The notes beneath the pieces were generated by a model, which saw only the letters and a list, made by a program, of their open reading frames with translations, did not search any database and was not told the origin of the DNA. A stretch of 61,983 bases of DNA, counting the filler. It is 6 parts of 6 records of this genome, joined end to end, with 100 filler letters (N's around TTAATTAATTAA, not from the genome) between each part and the next. Parts side by side here need not be neighbours in the genome. Positions count along the whole stretch, not along the records: positions 15,510 to 22,161 come from SRR20825006_2801; positions 22,262 to 38,689 come from SRR20825006_2802; 4 more parts are not named here. The stretch is one strand, 5' to 3'. The position numbers and the translations under genes are program-made. Below, piece after piece: positions 18,710-28,593 of the stretch. The stretch's first letter is position 1. The number at the start of each line of letters is the position of its first letter.

Positions 18710-19705
18710 TCAGAGCGTACGGCGGCGACGCGTCGCGATCAGAAGGGCCACAACCACCGCCGCACTGCCCATGATGTGCCACTGATTGAGCAGCTCGCCC
18801 AGGATGACAGCCCCAAGGATCGAGGCGACAAAGGGCTGCAACAGCAGGATCATTGATCCGGTCGCCTCGTCCACGCGCTTCAGCCCGACCGACACCATCC
18901 CCTGCCCCAAAACATGCACCAGCATCGCAAGACCGATCAGCGCCAGCCAGCCTGTCATATGCGGCGGCAGGACGAAATTGCCTTTGATCACCATCATCAC
19001 GCCCAAGGCAATCATGGTGGTCAGGGTGCTCCAAAACATGATTGATGCAGCACTGTGATTGCGGCGCAACCGGCTGATGACAATCAGATATCCGGCATAG
19101 AAAAAGGCCGCCAGAACGGCAAAGGCATCACCCTGCATCGATCCTGCGCCGGTTTCACTGGCCCGAAACAGGAAATAACCGCCGATAATCGCAAACGGCA
19201 CCCCGCACCAGAACATCACGCCGGGTTTGCGCGCGATGCCAAACAGACCAAGAAACCCGATAATCACCGGTGCAAGGTTGTTAAGCAAAATCGCATTACC
19301 GACCGTCGTCATTTCGATCGCCATATGACAGGCGACCAGATCGGCGGCAAATAAAAGACCGGCAAGGATCATCAAACCCGTATCACGCTTGCGCACGGAA
19401 ACACCATTTCCGACCGCTGGTTTTGATGATCCTGCCGGCATAAAGAAGACGGTCGCGCCCAGCAAAGGAGCAGCAAGCGCAACACGCCAGAAAGCCGAGG
19501 CATCGGGTGACACACCGCTGAACCGCACAAAAATCGGCCCCAGCCCCATAAGGATTGCCGCAACTACGAGGGTTAAAATGGCCCAGAGTGATGACTGGAC
19601 CATCGGCGTGACCCTTTCGGTTCCCGGTGCAATTTCCGTGGTGGCGGAGGGAATAGCAGATGCGTTTCCGGTATTGCGCAGGATGTCGGGCAAGACATGG
19701 GGCAT
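18710..19705 (-). CDS. DMT/EamA-family transporter
   Basis: About ten TMs with AFWRVALA, GDAFAVLAAFFYAGY and LQPFVASILG. Start moved to MPHV to avoid overlap with LysR. Confidence 0.88.
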   Translation of the reverse strand: MPHVLPDILRNTGNASAIPSATTEIAPGTERVTPMVQSSLWAILTLVVAAILMGLGPIFVRFSGVSPDASAFWRVALAAPLLGATVFFMPAGSSKPAVGNGVSVRKRDTGLMILAGLLFAADLVACHMAIEMTTVGNAILLNNLAPVIIGFLGLFGIARKPGVMFWCGVPFAIIGGYFLFRASETGAGSMQGDAFAVLAAFFYAGYLIVISRLRRNHSAASIMFWSTLTTMIALGVMMVIKGNFVLPPHMTGWLALIGLAMLVHVLGQGMVSVGLKRVDEATGSMILLLQPFVASILGAVILGELLNQWHIMGSAAVVVALLIATRRRRTL

Positions 19706-19811
19706 GGTCTGGTCTTTCGGAACGGGGGCGATGTGCAGGTTGTGCAAAATGCGCCTTGGCTGATAGCGCTTATCTTGCAGCGGTGCTATATCGATGTGAA
19801 ATTGCTTCGCC

Positions 19812-19826
19812 TTATCGTCGGGATAA
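19812..19826. promoter_or_regulatory. LysR box TTATC-N5-GATAA (T-N11-A)
   Basis: Dyad in the divergent DMT/LysR intergenic region. Confidence 0.45.
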
Positions 19827-19835
19827 ATTGCGCTT

Positions 19836-20708
19836 ATGGCCCTTCTCAATGTCGATATTGATCTGCTCAGAACGTTTCTGACCGTGCTGGATACCCAAAG
19901 TTTCACACGCACAGCCGAACGACTTTTCCGCACGCAACCAGCCATCAGCCAGCAGATCAAAAAGCTTGAAGATACCGTTGGTGCGCCGCTGATCACGCGT
20001 GATCGCAATGCCATTACCCCGACCACGACCGGCCTTGTCGTCAAATCCTATGCCGAAGGGATCATCGGCCTGAATGACAAGATGCTGGCCGATCTTCTGG
20101 ATGCTGCCCCCTCGATTTTGCGCATCGGCCTTCCGGATGATTATGCCGCGATTTACCTGCCGGAAATCTTGCGGATTGCGGCGATCCGCCTGCCGGACAC
20201 GGAAATCAGCTGCCACGCCGATATCAGCCGAAATCTTGGCAAACGGGTTGCCAATGGCGATCTGGATCTGGCCATTCTGACCGCCGATCCCGACACGCCT
20301 AGCCTGCATGTCACATCCGAACCCTTGGTCTGGGTGGCCGATGCCGGTTTTGATCATCAGGCGCGGCCGTTACGGCTGTCGCTGTTCCACGATGGCTGCG
20401 TCATTCGCCATTACGTGACCGATGCCCTGTCGCGCCAGGATATCGCGTTTCGGATCAGCCACAGCAGCGACTCCAATTCCATGATCATCACCGCAGTTGA
20501 CGGCGGCCACGCCATCGGCGCAATGCCCAGATGCACCGCGGAATATGCCGGAATGCAGATTATCGATGATCCATCATTGCCCGGCTTGCCCAAGGTCGAT
20601 ATCGCCCTTCTGGTCCGCGAACAGGCCAATCCGGCGGTTCGGGAACTGGCACTTGGCGCAATTGCCGCCCTTGCGCCAGCCCGAAGCACCACCAGCGAGC
20701 GGGTCTAA
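19836..20708 (+). CDS. LysR-family regulator (LrhA-like)
   Basis: DIDLLRTF, SFTRTAERLFRTQPAISQQIKKLE and RIGLPDDYA. Confidence 0.93.
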   Translation: MALLNVDIDLLRTFLTVLDTQSFTRTAERLFRTQPAISQQIKKLEDTVGAPLITRDRNAITPTTTGLVVKSYAEGIIGLNDKMLADLLDAAPSILRIGLPDDYAAIYLPEILRIAAIRLPDTEISCHADISRNLGKRVANGDLDLAILTADPDTPSLHVTSEPLVWVADAGFDHQARPLRLSLFHDGCVIRHYVTDALSRQDIAFRISHSSDSNSMIITAVDGGHAIGAMPRCTAEYAGMQIIDDPSLPGLPKVDIALLVREQANPAVRELALGAIAALAPARSTTSERV

Positions 20709-20840
20709 ACCGACCCCGTGATTGCGCATGCTTCCACCATGTGAAAAGACGTTTTATCGGGTTGATCGAAGAAGACGGCAAACAATAAGATGCCCCGGCA
20801 TAATGCGTGATTTTAACGATAAACCTGCCGGAGAAGCCCG

Positions 20841-21269
20841 ATGCTGACCATCAAACGCCTGTCGATCGATGATGCCGAAATCCTGATCGAAGGTGCACGC
20901 AACCGTGCAACTGAAATCGGCGTTCCGATGTGCATTGCCATCACCGATGAATCCGGTGTTTTGATTGCCTTTGAACGCATGGATGGCGGCAAGGTCACCA
21001 GCACCACGATTGCCCAGGATAAGGCATTCACCGCCGCGGGTGCGCGCAAGGCGACCCATGAATATGCCGCTGCAGCCCAGCCGGGCATGCCAGCATTCGG
21101 TATCGATTCCGAAGTCGGCGGTCGTCTTTCGATTGTCGCCGGTGGATTGCCGGTATCGGTTGATGGCGATGTTGTCGGCGGAATCGGCGTCAGTTCAGGC
21201 ACTCCGCCGCAGGATCAGGACTGCGCCCAGGCCGGGATTGATCATTTCATGAAAGTGATCGGTAAATAA
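20841..21269 (+). CDS. GlcG/HbpS-family heme-binding protein
   Basis: IAFERMDG, AQDKAFTA, GGLPV and GGIGVSSG..QD motifs. Confidence 0.9.
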   Translation: MLTIKRLSIDDAEILIEGARNRATEIGVPMCIAITDESGVLIAFERMDGGKVTSTTIAQDKAFTAAGARKATHEYAAAAQPGMPAFGIDSEVGGRLSIVAGGLPVSVDGDVVGGIGVSSGTPPQDQDCAQAGIDHFMKVIGK

Positions 21270-21282
21270 GCCCATCACTATT

Positions 21283-21317
21283 GGCGGGAATCGGTAATGA
21301 TTACGCCGATTTCCGCC
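21283..21317. terminator. Hairpin between convergent glcG-like and tlyA genes
   Basis: GGCGGGAATCGG...CCGATTTCCGCC, overlapping the tlyA stop. Confidence 0.4.
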
Positions 21318-22041
21318 CGCCGATCAGAAATTCGACATTGCCTTCGGGCCCGGTGATCGGGCTTGTCGCGATGCCAAGCACCTCCCAGCCCGGCAGATTT
21401 GCCAGCCAGTCGGAAATGGTGTCGCAGACTTCCTGATGCAGTTCCGGTTCACGGACCACGCCCTTTTTCCCGACGCGTTCCTTGCCGACTTCAAATTGCG
21501 GCTTGATCAATGCAATCAGCCAACCGCCCGGTTTGACCAGATCGAGGCTTGCGGGCAACACGGTGCGAAGGCCGATAAAGCTGGCGTCGCAGACGACGAT
21601 ATCAATGGGGTCGGGAATTTGTTCGGACGTGATGTGACGCGCATTGGTCTTTTCCATCACGACAACCCGGTCGTCATTGCGCAGTTTCCAGTCAAGCTGC
21701 CCCTGCCCGACATCAACGGCAAAGACCTTGGCCGCACCGTTTTGCAAAAGCACATCGGTAAAACCGCCGGTCGAGGATCCGACATCAATGCCGGTAAAAC
21801 CGGTGACATCGACGCCAAACTCGGCCAGACCCTTTTCAAGCTTGAGCCCGCCGCGCGACACCCATGGATGGGGTTGCCCGCGCAGGGTCAGCGAAATGTC
21901 TTCCTTGCATTGCAGCCCCGGCTTATCGAGTCGTTGCTCGCCACTAAAGACATTGCCTGCCATGATGAAAGCCTGTGCCTTGGACCGGGTTTCCACCAAT
22001 CCGCGTTCAACAAGCAACTGATCCAAACGTTTCTTTGCCAT
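21301..22041 (-). CDS. tlyA: TlyA-family rRNA 2'-O-methyltransferase
   Basis: S4 domain RLDQLLV; VSRGGLKL, DVGSSTGGFT, LIKPQFE and GNVEFL. Confidence 0.96.
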   Translation of the reverse strand: MAKKRLDQLLVERGLVETRSKAQAFIMAGNVFSGEQRLDKPGLQCKEDISLTLRGQPHPWVSRGGLKLEKGLAEFGVDVTGFTGIDVGSSTGGFTDVLLQNGAAKVFAVDVGQGQLDWKLRNDDRVVVMEKTNARHITSEQIPDPIDIVVCDASFIGLRTVLPASLDLVKPGGWLIALIKPQFEVGKERVGKKGVVREPELHQEVCDTISDWLANLPGWEVLGIATSPITGPEGNVEFLIGGRKSA

Positions 22042-22161
22042 GCGCGGGTTTTAGCTCAAAGTTCCGAAGAAATCTAGCTTGCCAGCGGCTCAAGGTAACC
22101 ACGCGGCACAATGGCTAGAAGATCGTTTAACGCCTCGCCCTGAACCGCGACATGCTGATGC

Positions 22162-22261
22162 NNNNNNNNNNNNNNNNNNNNNNNNNNNNNNNNNNNNNNN
22201 NNNNNTTAATTAATTAANNNNNNNNNNNNNNNNNNNNNNNNNNNNNNNNNNNNNNNNNNNN
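22162..22261. other. Artificial contig spacer
   Basis: N-run with TTAATTAATTAA. Confidence 0.98.
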
Positions 22262-23086
22262 GCCTTTCAGCTTGCCGATGGCATCGGCGTGCGACTTGAC
22301 CATCAGGGCTGGGTCCCAGGCGAGCCAGTTTTCCCAGCGTTCGGCGATGATCTCGCAGGTGTCGAGCGTCACCGGCAGCCTCAGGCCCAGATAGGCGTCG
22401 GGATCGGGATCGAAGCTGGCGGCCTGGCAGAGGAACATCAGCGTCATGGTGTCCTTGCCGTCAAGCTTGGGCTTGGCCTCGAAGGCCTTCATCCACTCCT
22501 CGATGGAATTGTCCTTCTTGGCCAGGGCCATCAGGACGTCCGGAAAACCCGCAAGGTAGAGGTGCTCAAACCCGGCATCGCCGGAATGGCTGGCGGCGGC
22601 GGCCCATACATCGGGGTGGCGCATGGCGTGGACGAGGCTACCAAACCCGCCTGATGATTTGCCGAACACTCCGCGCCGGCCTGTGCCGCCGCAGGAAAAT
22701 TTGCTTTCCACCGCCGGCAGCATTTCCTCGATCAGGAAGTCCTCGTAATTCCCCATCACCGGAGAGTTCACATACTGATTGCCGCCCAGCCGGGTGAAGC
22801 AATCGGGGAAGGCGACCACCACCGGCGCCATCTTGCCCTCACCGATCAGGCGGTCGAGGCGTTCGGGCACATTTTCGGTAAAGGCCTTCCAGGCCGTATG
22901 GGCCGGACCGCCAGCCGTATAGCCGACAAGATCAACCAGCAGCGGCAGATCCTTGCCGTCATGGCCGGCGGGCACATAGACATCGACAATGCGCGTCGTG
23001 TCATCGCCGAGGCGGTTATTGGCCAGCGCCTTGCTCTGGATGGTCAGGCGATGGATGGTGCCGGGGGCGTGGGTCGTCTTGCGCAT
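22262..23086 (-). CDS. Enterochelin esterase-like alpha/beta hydrolase (3' truncated)
   Basis: VYVP, FPDCFTRLGGNQY and nucleophile elbow GKSSGG. Start MRKTT after a GAGGAG RBS. Confidence 0.85.
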
Positions 23087-23246
23087 GGCGGGCTCCTCGT
23101 TTTCATCCGGTCTGGAACAATGCGATTGATAAGGCAAGGGCGGATCGCGGGCCGGCGCCATGCTGACACCGACTGGCGCTGGCAGGGTGCAAAAGCGGCG
23201 GTGAAAGCGTGAACCGGGTCTCGCATCGCTGCGTTTTGATAGAACC

Positions 23247-24248
23247 ATGAGCTTCATCCTCGACCGCAATCTCTACGTGCCCGCCATCGACGCCTGGATT
23301 GATCCAGGCGAACCGAAGCCGCGCGCCATCATCACTCATGGCCATGCCGACCATGCTCGGTCGGGCCATGGGGCGGTGCTGGCAACGCCGGAAACCATCG
23401 CCATCATGCAGGTCCGCTATGGCGCAGACTGCGCCGGGCGGTTCGAGCCGCTGCGCTTTGGTGAGGTGCTGACCATGGACGGAGCCAAGGTGAGCCTGCA
23501 TCCCGCCGGGCATATCCTGGGTTCGGCGCAAGTACTTGTCGAAGCCGAGGGACAGCGCGCATTGGTCACCGGCGACTACAAGCGTCTGCCGGACCGCACG
23601 GCCGAGCCCTATGAGGCGGTCGATTGCGACCTGCTGGTCACCGAAGCCACGTTTGGCCTGCCGGTCTTCCAGCATCCCGCGCCGCAGGACGAAATTGCGC
23701 GGCTGCTCAAATCGGTGGCCGATCAGCCCGAGCGCTGCCATCTGGTGGGGTGCTATGCGCTGGGCAAGGCACAGCGGGTCATTGCGCTGTTGCGCGATGC
23801 GGGCTGGGACCGGCCGATCTATCTCCATGGCGCGATGATCGAGCTGTGCGCACTCTATGAGACGTTGGGCGTGGCGCTGGGCGAGTTGCTGCCGGCGACC
23901 GGCATGCCCAAACCCGCCATGGCCGGGCAGATCGTCATTGCGCCGCCTTCTGCCATCCGTGACCGGTGGAGCCGGCGCTTTCCCGATCCGGTGGTCTGCC
24001 AGGCTTCGGGCTGGATGAGCATCAAGCAGCGGGCGCGCCAGGCCTTGGTGGAACTGCCGCTGGTGATCTCCGACCATTGCGACTGGGGCGAGCTCAACAG
24101 TTCGATCCTGGACAGCGGCGCGAGCACGGTCTGGGTGACACATGGGCGCGAGGATGCGCTGGTCTATTGGTGCCTGCAGCAGGGGCTCGAGGCCGAACCG
24201 CTGGCCCTGCCGGGGCTGGATGATGATGGCGGGGAGGGCGGGGCGTGA
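23247..24248 (+). CDS. Ligase-associated DNA damage response exonuclease (metallo-beta-lactamase fold)
   Basis: ITHGHADH, AGHILGS, TGDYK, EATFGLP, SDHCDW and VTHG motifs. Confidence 0.93.
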   Translation: MSFILDRNLYVPAIDAWIDPGEPKPRAIITHGHADHARSGHGAVLATPETIAIMQVRYGADCAGRFEPLRFGEVLTMDGAKVSLHPAGHILGSAQVLVEAEGQRALVTGDYKRLPDRTAEPYEAVDCDLLVTEATFGLPVFQHPAPQDEIARLLKSVADQPERCHLVGCYALGKAQRVIALLRDAGWDRPIYLHGAMIELCALYETLGVALGELLPATGMPKPAMAGQIVIAPPSAIRDRWSRRFPDPVVCQASGWMSIKQRARQALVELPLVISDHCDWGELNSSILDSGASTVWVTHGREDALVYWCLQQGLEAEPLALPGLDDDGGEGGA

Positions 24249-25810
24249 AACGATTTGCCGACCTGCTCGAACTCCTCGCTCTTACGCCCTCGCGCACGCG
24301 AAAAATCGCGGCGCTGGCGCAGTATTTCGCCGAGGTGCCGGACCCGGATCGTGGCCTTGCGCTGGCGGTGCTGACCGGAGAACTCGACATTGCCAATGTC
24401 AAACCGGCGCTGCTCAAACAAACCGTTTTGGCCCAAGTCGACGAGACGCTGTTTGCGCTCTCCTATGACTATGTCGGGGATCTGGGCGAAACCATTGCGC
24501 TGATCTGGCCGCATCACGGGACTGGTGAGTTGCCGCGGCTGAGCGCCTTGGTCGATCTGCTCAACACCACCAGCAAGGCGGAGCTGCCCAAGGTCATAGG
24601 TGGCCTGCTGACGCAAGCCGCGATCCATGAGCGCTGGGCGCTGATCAAGCTGGCCACCGGCGCGCTGCGGATTGGTGTGTCGGCGCGGCTTGCCAAGACG
24701 GCACTGGCTGAGATGAGCGGGGTGGAGCTGCAGGCCATCGAAGAGGTCTGGCATGGATTGAAGCCCCCTTATGCCGAATTGTTCGCCTGGCTGGAGGGCA
24801 AGGCCGGGCGGCCGGAAGTGGATCATACGGCGCGGTTTCATCCACTGATGCTGTCCACGCCGATCGAGGAGAGTGACTTTGCAAAACTCGATCCGCGTGA
24901 CTTCGCCGCCGAATGGAAATGGGACGGCATAAGGGTGCAACTCGTCCTGGGTGAGCAGGGCGCATCGTTGTTTTCGCGCACGGGCGACGACATCGCCCAG
25001 AGCTTTCCAGATGTGGTCGAAGCGGCCATGGGGCGGGCGGTGCTGGATGGCGAATTATTGGTGGGACATGATTTCGCGCCGCGCAGCTTCAACGATCTCC
25101 AACAGCGGCTCAATCGCAAGGTGGCCAGCACAAAACAAATGGCCGAGCTGCCCGGCTTCGTGCGGGTCTATGACATGCTGTTTGATGGCGACGAGGACAT
25201 AAGGGCGCTGGGTTGGGCCACCCGGCGGGCGCGGCTGGAAAGCTGGTTCGCGGCAAATCCGCAGACCCGGCTGGATCTCTCCGAGGTGCTCGATTTTGCC
25301 GCCTGGGACGATGTCGCCAGCTTGCGTCGGCAGGGGGCGGAAAGCCACGGCCATGAAGGTGTGATGCTCAAGTTGCGCACTGCGCCCTATGTGCCGGGCC
25401 GACCCAAGGGGTTCTGGTTCAAGTGGAAGCGCGATCCCAATGTGGTCGATGCGGTGCTAATGTACGCCCAGCGCGGGCATGGCAAGCGCTCGTCCTTTTA
25501 TTCCGACTACACATTCGGGGTGTGGAAGGGCAATGAGATCGTGCCCATCGGCAAGGCCTATTTCGGCTTCACCGATGAGGAATTGAAGCAGCTCGACCGC
25601 TGGATCCGGGCCAATTCGATCGGCAGTTTCGGTCCGGTGCGCGAAGTGAAGAAGGAACTGGTGTTCGAGGTGGCGTTCGACAGTGCGCAGAAAAGTGCGC
25701 GGCACAAATCGGGCGTGGCGCTGCGCTTTCCGCGCATCAATCGGATACGATGGGACAAGCCGGCCGCCGAGGCGGCACGGCTTGAGGACATGGACGCATT
25801 TGTGGGGTGA
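24245..25810 (+). CDS. ATP-dependent DNA ligase (cisplatin damage response type)
   Basis: YDYVGDLGET, motif I EWKWDGIR, EGVMLK, KWKRDP and ALRFPRI. Confidence 0.95.
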   Translation: MKRFADLLELLALTPSRTRKIAALAQYFAEVPDPDRGLALAVLTGELDIANVKPALLKQTVLAQVDETLFALSYDYVGDLGETIALIWPHHGTGELPRLSALVDLLNTTSKAELPKVIGGLLTQAAIHERWALIKLATGALRIGVSARLAKTALAEMSGVELQAIEEVWHGLKPPYAELFAWLEGKAGRPEVDHTARFHPLMLSTPIEESDFAKLDPRDFAAEWKWDGIRVQLVLGEQGASLFSRTGDDIAQSFPDVVEAAMGRAVLDGELLVGHDFAPRSFNDLQQRLNRKVASTKQMAELPGFVRVYDMLFDGDEDIRALGWATRRARLESWFAANPQTRLDLSEVLDFAAWDDVASLRRQGAESHGHEGVMLKLRTAPYVPGRPKGFWFKWKRDPNVVDAVLMYAQRGHGKRSSFYSDYTFGVWKGNEIVPIGKAYFGFTDEELKQLDRWIRANSIGSFGPVREVKKELVFEVAFDSAQKSARHKSGVALRFPRINRIRWDKPAAEAARLEDMDAFVG

Positions 25811-25813
25811 GCG

Positions 25814-26125
25814 ATGTCATCGCGGACCAATCATCAGCGCCTGGTGGCGCTGGAAAAGCAGATGGACGCAGCCGCTGCGGCCTTCGATTTCGAAACAGCG
25901 GCCGCCCTGCGTGACGAGATCGCCCGGCTCCGCGGCGAATATGGCGAGGCCACCGAAGTGCGCGATGCAGATGGCGAGGCGGTGCGCGTGGTGGTGGGGC
26001 AGGCGCCACCCGGGCAGATTGGCCTGGGATCCAACGCCCCCTTGCGGCAGCCCCCCAAGGGCTGGGTGAAGCCGAAAAAGCCAGATCTGATGACCAGGAA
26101 CCACAAGGGGCGCGGGGAGCGTTAA
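25814..26125 (+). CDS. Small UVR (UvrB/UvrC motif) protein
   Basis: LEKQMDAAAAAFDFETAAALRDEIARL; basic tail ending KPKKPDLMT. Confidence 0.8.
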   Translation: MSSRTNHQRLVALEKQMDAAAAAFDFETAAALRDEIARLRGEYGEATEVRDADGEAVRVVVGQAPPGQIGLGSNAPLRQPPKGWVKPKKPDLMTRNHKGRGER

Positions 26126-26514
26126 CCCGCCTTCTGCAGCCGATCCTGGGCCAGCTGCTTGATCTGGCGCAGCTCGCGGATCGTGGTCTCGAGATCGTCG
26201 CGCTGGCGCTCGAGCAGGGCCAGGCGCTCGTCGACCTTGTCGGCCAACAGGCTCACCTGCTGGTTGCGGTCGGCGTCATAAAGGCTGAGATAGTCGGAAA
26301 TGTCGCGCAAGGTGAAGCCGAGGCGCTTGCCGCGCAGGATCAGGATCAGCCGGGCCCGGTCGCGCTTGCGGAAGATACGGGTGGCACCGACCCGTTCGGG
26401 CGAGAGCAGGCCCTTGGATTCGTAGAAGCGGATGGCGCGGGTCGAGATGCCGAATTCGCGGGCGAGTTCGGCAATGGCGAAGAGGTCCTGGCTGTCGGGC
26501 GGCGTGTTGGTCAC
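26122..26514 (-). CDS. MerR-family regulator, LiuR-like
   Basis: IAELAREFGISTRAIRFYE and RARLILILRGKRLGFTL. Confidence 0.9.
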   Translation of the reverse strand: MTNTPPDSQDLFAIAELAREFGISTRAIRFYESKGLLSPERVGATRIFRKRDRARLILILRGKRLGFTLRDISDYLSLYDADRNQQVSLLADKVDERLALLERQRDDLETTIRELRQIKQLAQDRLQKAG

Positions 26515-28226
26515 GATTTTCCGGCTTTCATCTGAGCGTATTCTTCCCGCAACTCCTTCTTGGACAGCTTGCCGATCAGGGTCTTGGGCAAGGCATCCTT
26601 GAAAATGATCTGGCGGGGCATTTCAATCTTGTTGAGCTTTTCGGCGAGGAAGGTTTTGAGGTCCGCTTCGCTGACCGATTTCCCCTCCTTGAGCTTGACG
26701 AAGGCCACCGGCGCTTCGCCGCGATACTCATCCGGCACGCCGATGACATTGACCTCGTCGATGGCCTCATGGGTCATGATGGCCTCTTCAATGGTGCGCG
26801 GATAGACATTGAAACCCGAGCAGATGATGAGGTCCTTGATGCGATCGACCAGGAACACGTAGCCGTCTTCATCCATATGGCCGACATCGCCGGTGCGCAG
26901 CCATCCATCCATGAAGGCGTCCTTGCTGGCTTCCGGGTTCTCGTAATATCCCGCCATGACTTGCGGGCCCTTGACTTGCAATTCGCCATTTTCACCGATG
27001 CCGACCACCTTGCCTGAATCCACATCGACAAAGCGGATATCGGTGCCGGGCAATGGCAGGCCGATGGACATGGGCTTGGAGGGTACGCGCAGCGCCGCGC
27101 AGCAGACCACGGGCGAGGCTTCGGTCAGGCCATAGCCTTCGGCCAGCAGGGCCTTGGACTTTTTGGAGAAGGCGTGGCGCACCTCGTCGGGCAGGGCGGC
27201 GCCACCGGAAATGGCGACTTCCAGGGTTTCGATCTGCGCCTGGGTGACGGCGTCGGCCCGCGCCAGGGCGCTGAGCAGTGTCGGCACGGCGGGCAGCACA
27301 TTGGCGCCGGTCCGGTTGAAGATGCCCAGCAGGGCCTTCAATTCGAAGCGCGGCAGCATGATCACCGGGGTCCCATTGCACAGCGGCACGTTCATGCAGA
27401 CGGTCATGGCGAAGATGTGGAAGAAAGGCAGGACCGCGATCACCTTGGAGGGCGGGTAGAACAGCCCGCACCCCCATTTATCGATCTGGCTCATATTGGC
27501 CGCGATATTGGCGTGGGTCAGCAGCGCCCCCTTGGGAATGCCGGTGGTGCCGCCGGTATATTGCTGCACGGCAATGTCGGTTGCCGGATCGATGGTGACC
27601 GGCGTCGGCGAGTCCTTGCGGGCAAGCAGGTCTTCGAAGCTGGTGATGACGCCGGCATGGGCCGAGCGGCCGGGGTGGGCCAGATCCTTGCGCTTGGCGA
27701 CCGAGAACAGGATTTTCTTGACCAGCGGCAGGGCATTGGGAAAATGCGCCACCACCAGTTTCTTGACATGGCCGGCGGCGAGCAGGGCCTCGGCTTTTTC
27801 AAAGATCTGCTGCAGGTCCAGCGTCACCATGATGTCGGCGCCGGCATTGGCGGTGATGTGCCCCAGCTCGGATACGGTGTAGAGCGGGTTGCAATTGACC
27901 ACCGTGCCGCCGGCGCGCAGCACGCCATAATAGGCAATCGGGTAAAAGGGCGTATTGGGCAGCATCAGGGCGACGCGCGTGCCCTTGGTCACACCGAACT
28001 GGCTTTGCAGCGCCCCGGCAAAGGCGACGATCTTTTCGGCCAGCTCCCCAAAACTGGTTGTGCCGCCCAGAAAGTCCAGGGCCATGGCGCCCGGGTTTTT
28101 GGCACAGGCGGCCAGAACTTGTTCATGCACCGGGGATGTGTCGATTTTGTCGTCCCAGACAATGCCCTCGGGATAGCTGGCGATCCAGGGGCGAAGCCCG
28201 TCATTGCTGGTGGCTGGCGTGTCCAT
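26511..28226 (-). CDS. fadD: Long-chain fatty acid-CoA ligase
   Basis: YTGGTTGIPKG, EGYGLTE, GWLRTGD and GFNVYP. Confidence 0.9.
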   Translation of the reverse strand: MDTPATSNDGLRPWIASYPEGIVWDDKIDTSPVHEQVLAACAKNPGAMALDFLGGTTSFGELAEKIVAFAGALQSQFGVTKGTRVALMLPNTPFYPIAYYGVLRAGGTVVNCNPLYTVSELGHITANAGADIMVTLDLQQIFEKAEALLAAGHVKKLVVAHFPNALPLVKKILFSVAKRKDLAHPGRSAHAGVITSFEDLLARKDSPTPVTIDPATDIAVQQYTGGTTGIPKGALLTHANIAANMSQIDKWGCGLFYPPSKVIAVLPFFHIFAMTVCMNVPLCNGTPVIMLPRFELKALLGIFNRTGANVLPAVPTLLSALARADAVTQAQIETLEVAISGGAALPDEVRHAFSKKSKALLAEGYGLTEASPVVCCAALRVPSKPMSIGLPLPGTDIRFVDVDSGKVVGIGENGELQVKGPQVMAGYYENPEASKDAFMDGWLRTGDVGHMDEDGYVFLVDRIKDLIICSGFNVYPRTIEEAIMTHEAIDEVNVIGVPDEYRGEAPVAFVKLKEGKSVSEADLKTFLAEKLNKIEMPRQIIFKDALPKTLIGKLSKKELREEYAQMKAGKS

Positions 28227-28352
28227 TGATATCTCCTCCCAATGCCTGAAACAGACAAACGGGCGTTCCCATTATTGGATGCAGTGGCGCGTTTCCCGCC
28301 CCGGCGCTCTTGTGGCGCCTGTCCTGTCATCATCGCGAAACTATCACACTTG

Positions 28353-28368
28353 TTTACGTTAGCGTCAA
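28353..28368. promoter_or_regulatory. LiuR-type operator TTTACGTTAGCGTCAA
   Basis: Matches the TTkACGT-N2-rCGTmAA palindrome; lies in the fadD/fadE divergent region. Confidence 0.75.
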
Positions 28369-28425
28369 TTGGCTGCCCAAGACTTTGGCCAGTTCCGGCC
28401 TGGCGCGACCCCTATCGGCATCTAG

Positions 28426-28441
28426 TTGACGTATGCGTCAA
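28426..28441. promoter_or_regulatory. LiuR-type operator TTGACGTATGCGTCAA
   Basis: Near-perfect 16-bp palindrome; second copy of the motif. Confidence 0.8.
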
Positions 28442-28593
28442 TCTGAGTAAACTGTCTTCAACAAGTCCCTGTCGTGGCGCTAAGCTGCGCTCGGCGAGGG
28501 GTAGCGGGTCGAAACCTTCGTGGCGGTCCGGCATTTGGTTGAAGACGGCGTTGCACCAGCATGGGGCAGCGTTGCAAGAGGAGGATGTGGGCG

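Noticed and set aside
22074-22161. Minus-strand C-terminal fragment (...LLAIVPRGYLEPLAS*) upstream of tlyA
   Set aside because: Too short to identify.
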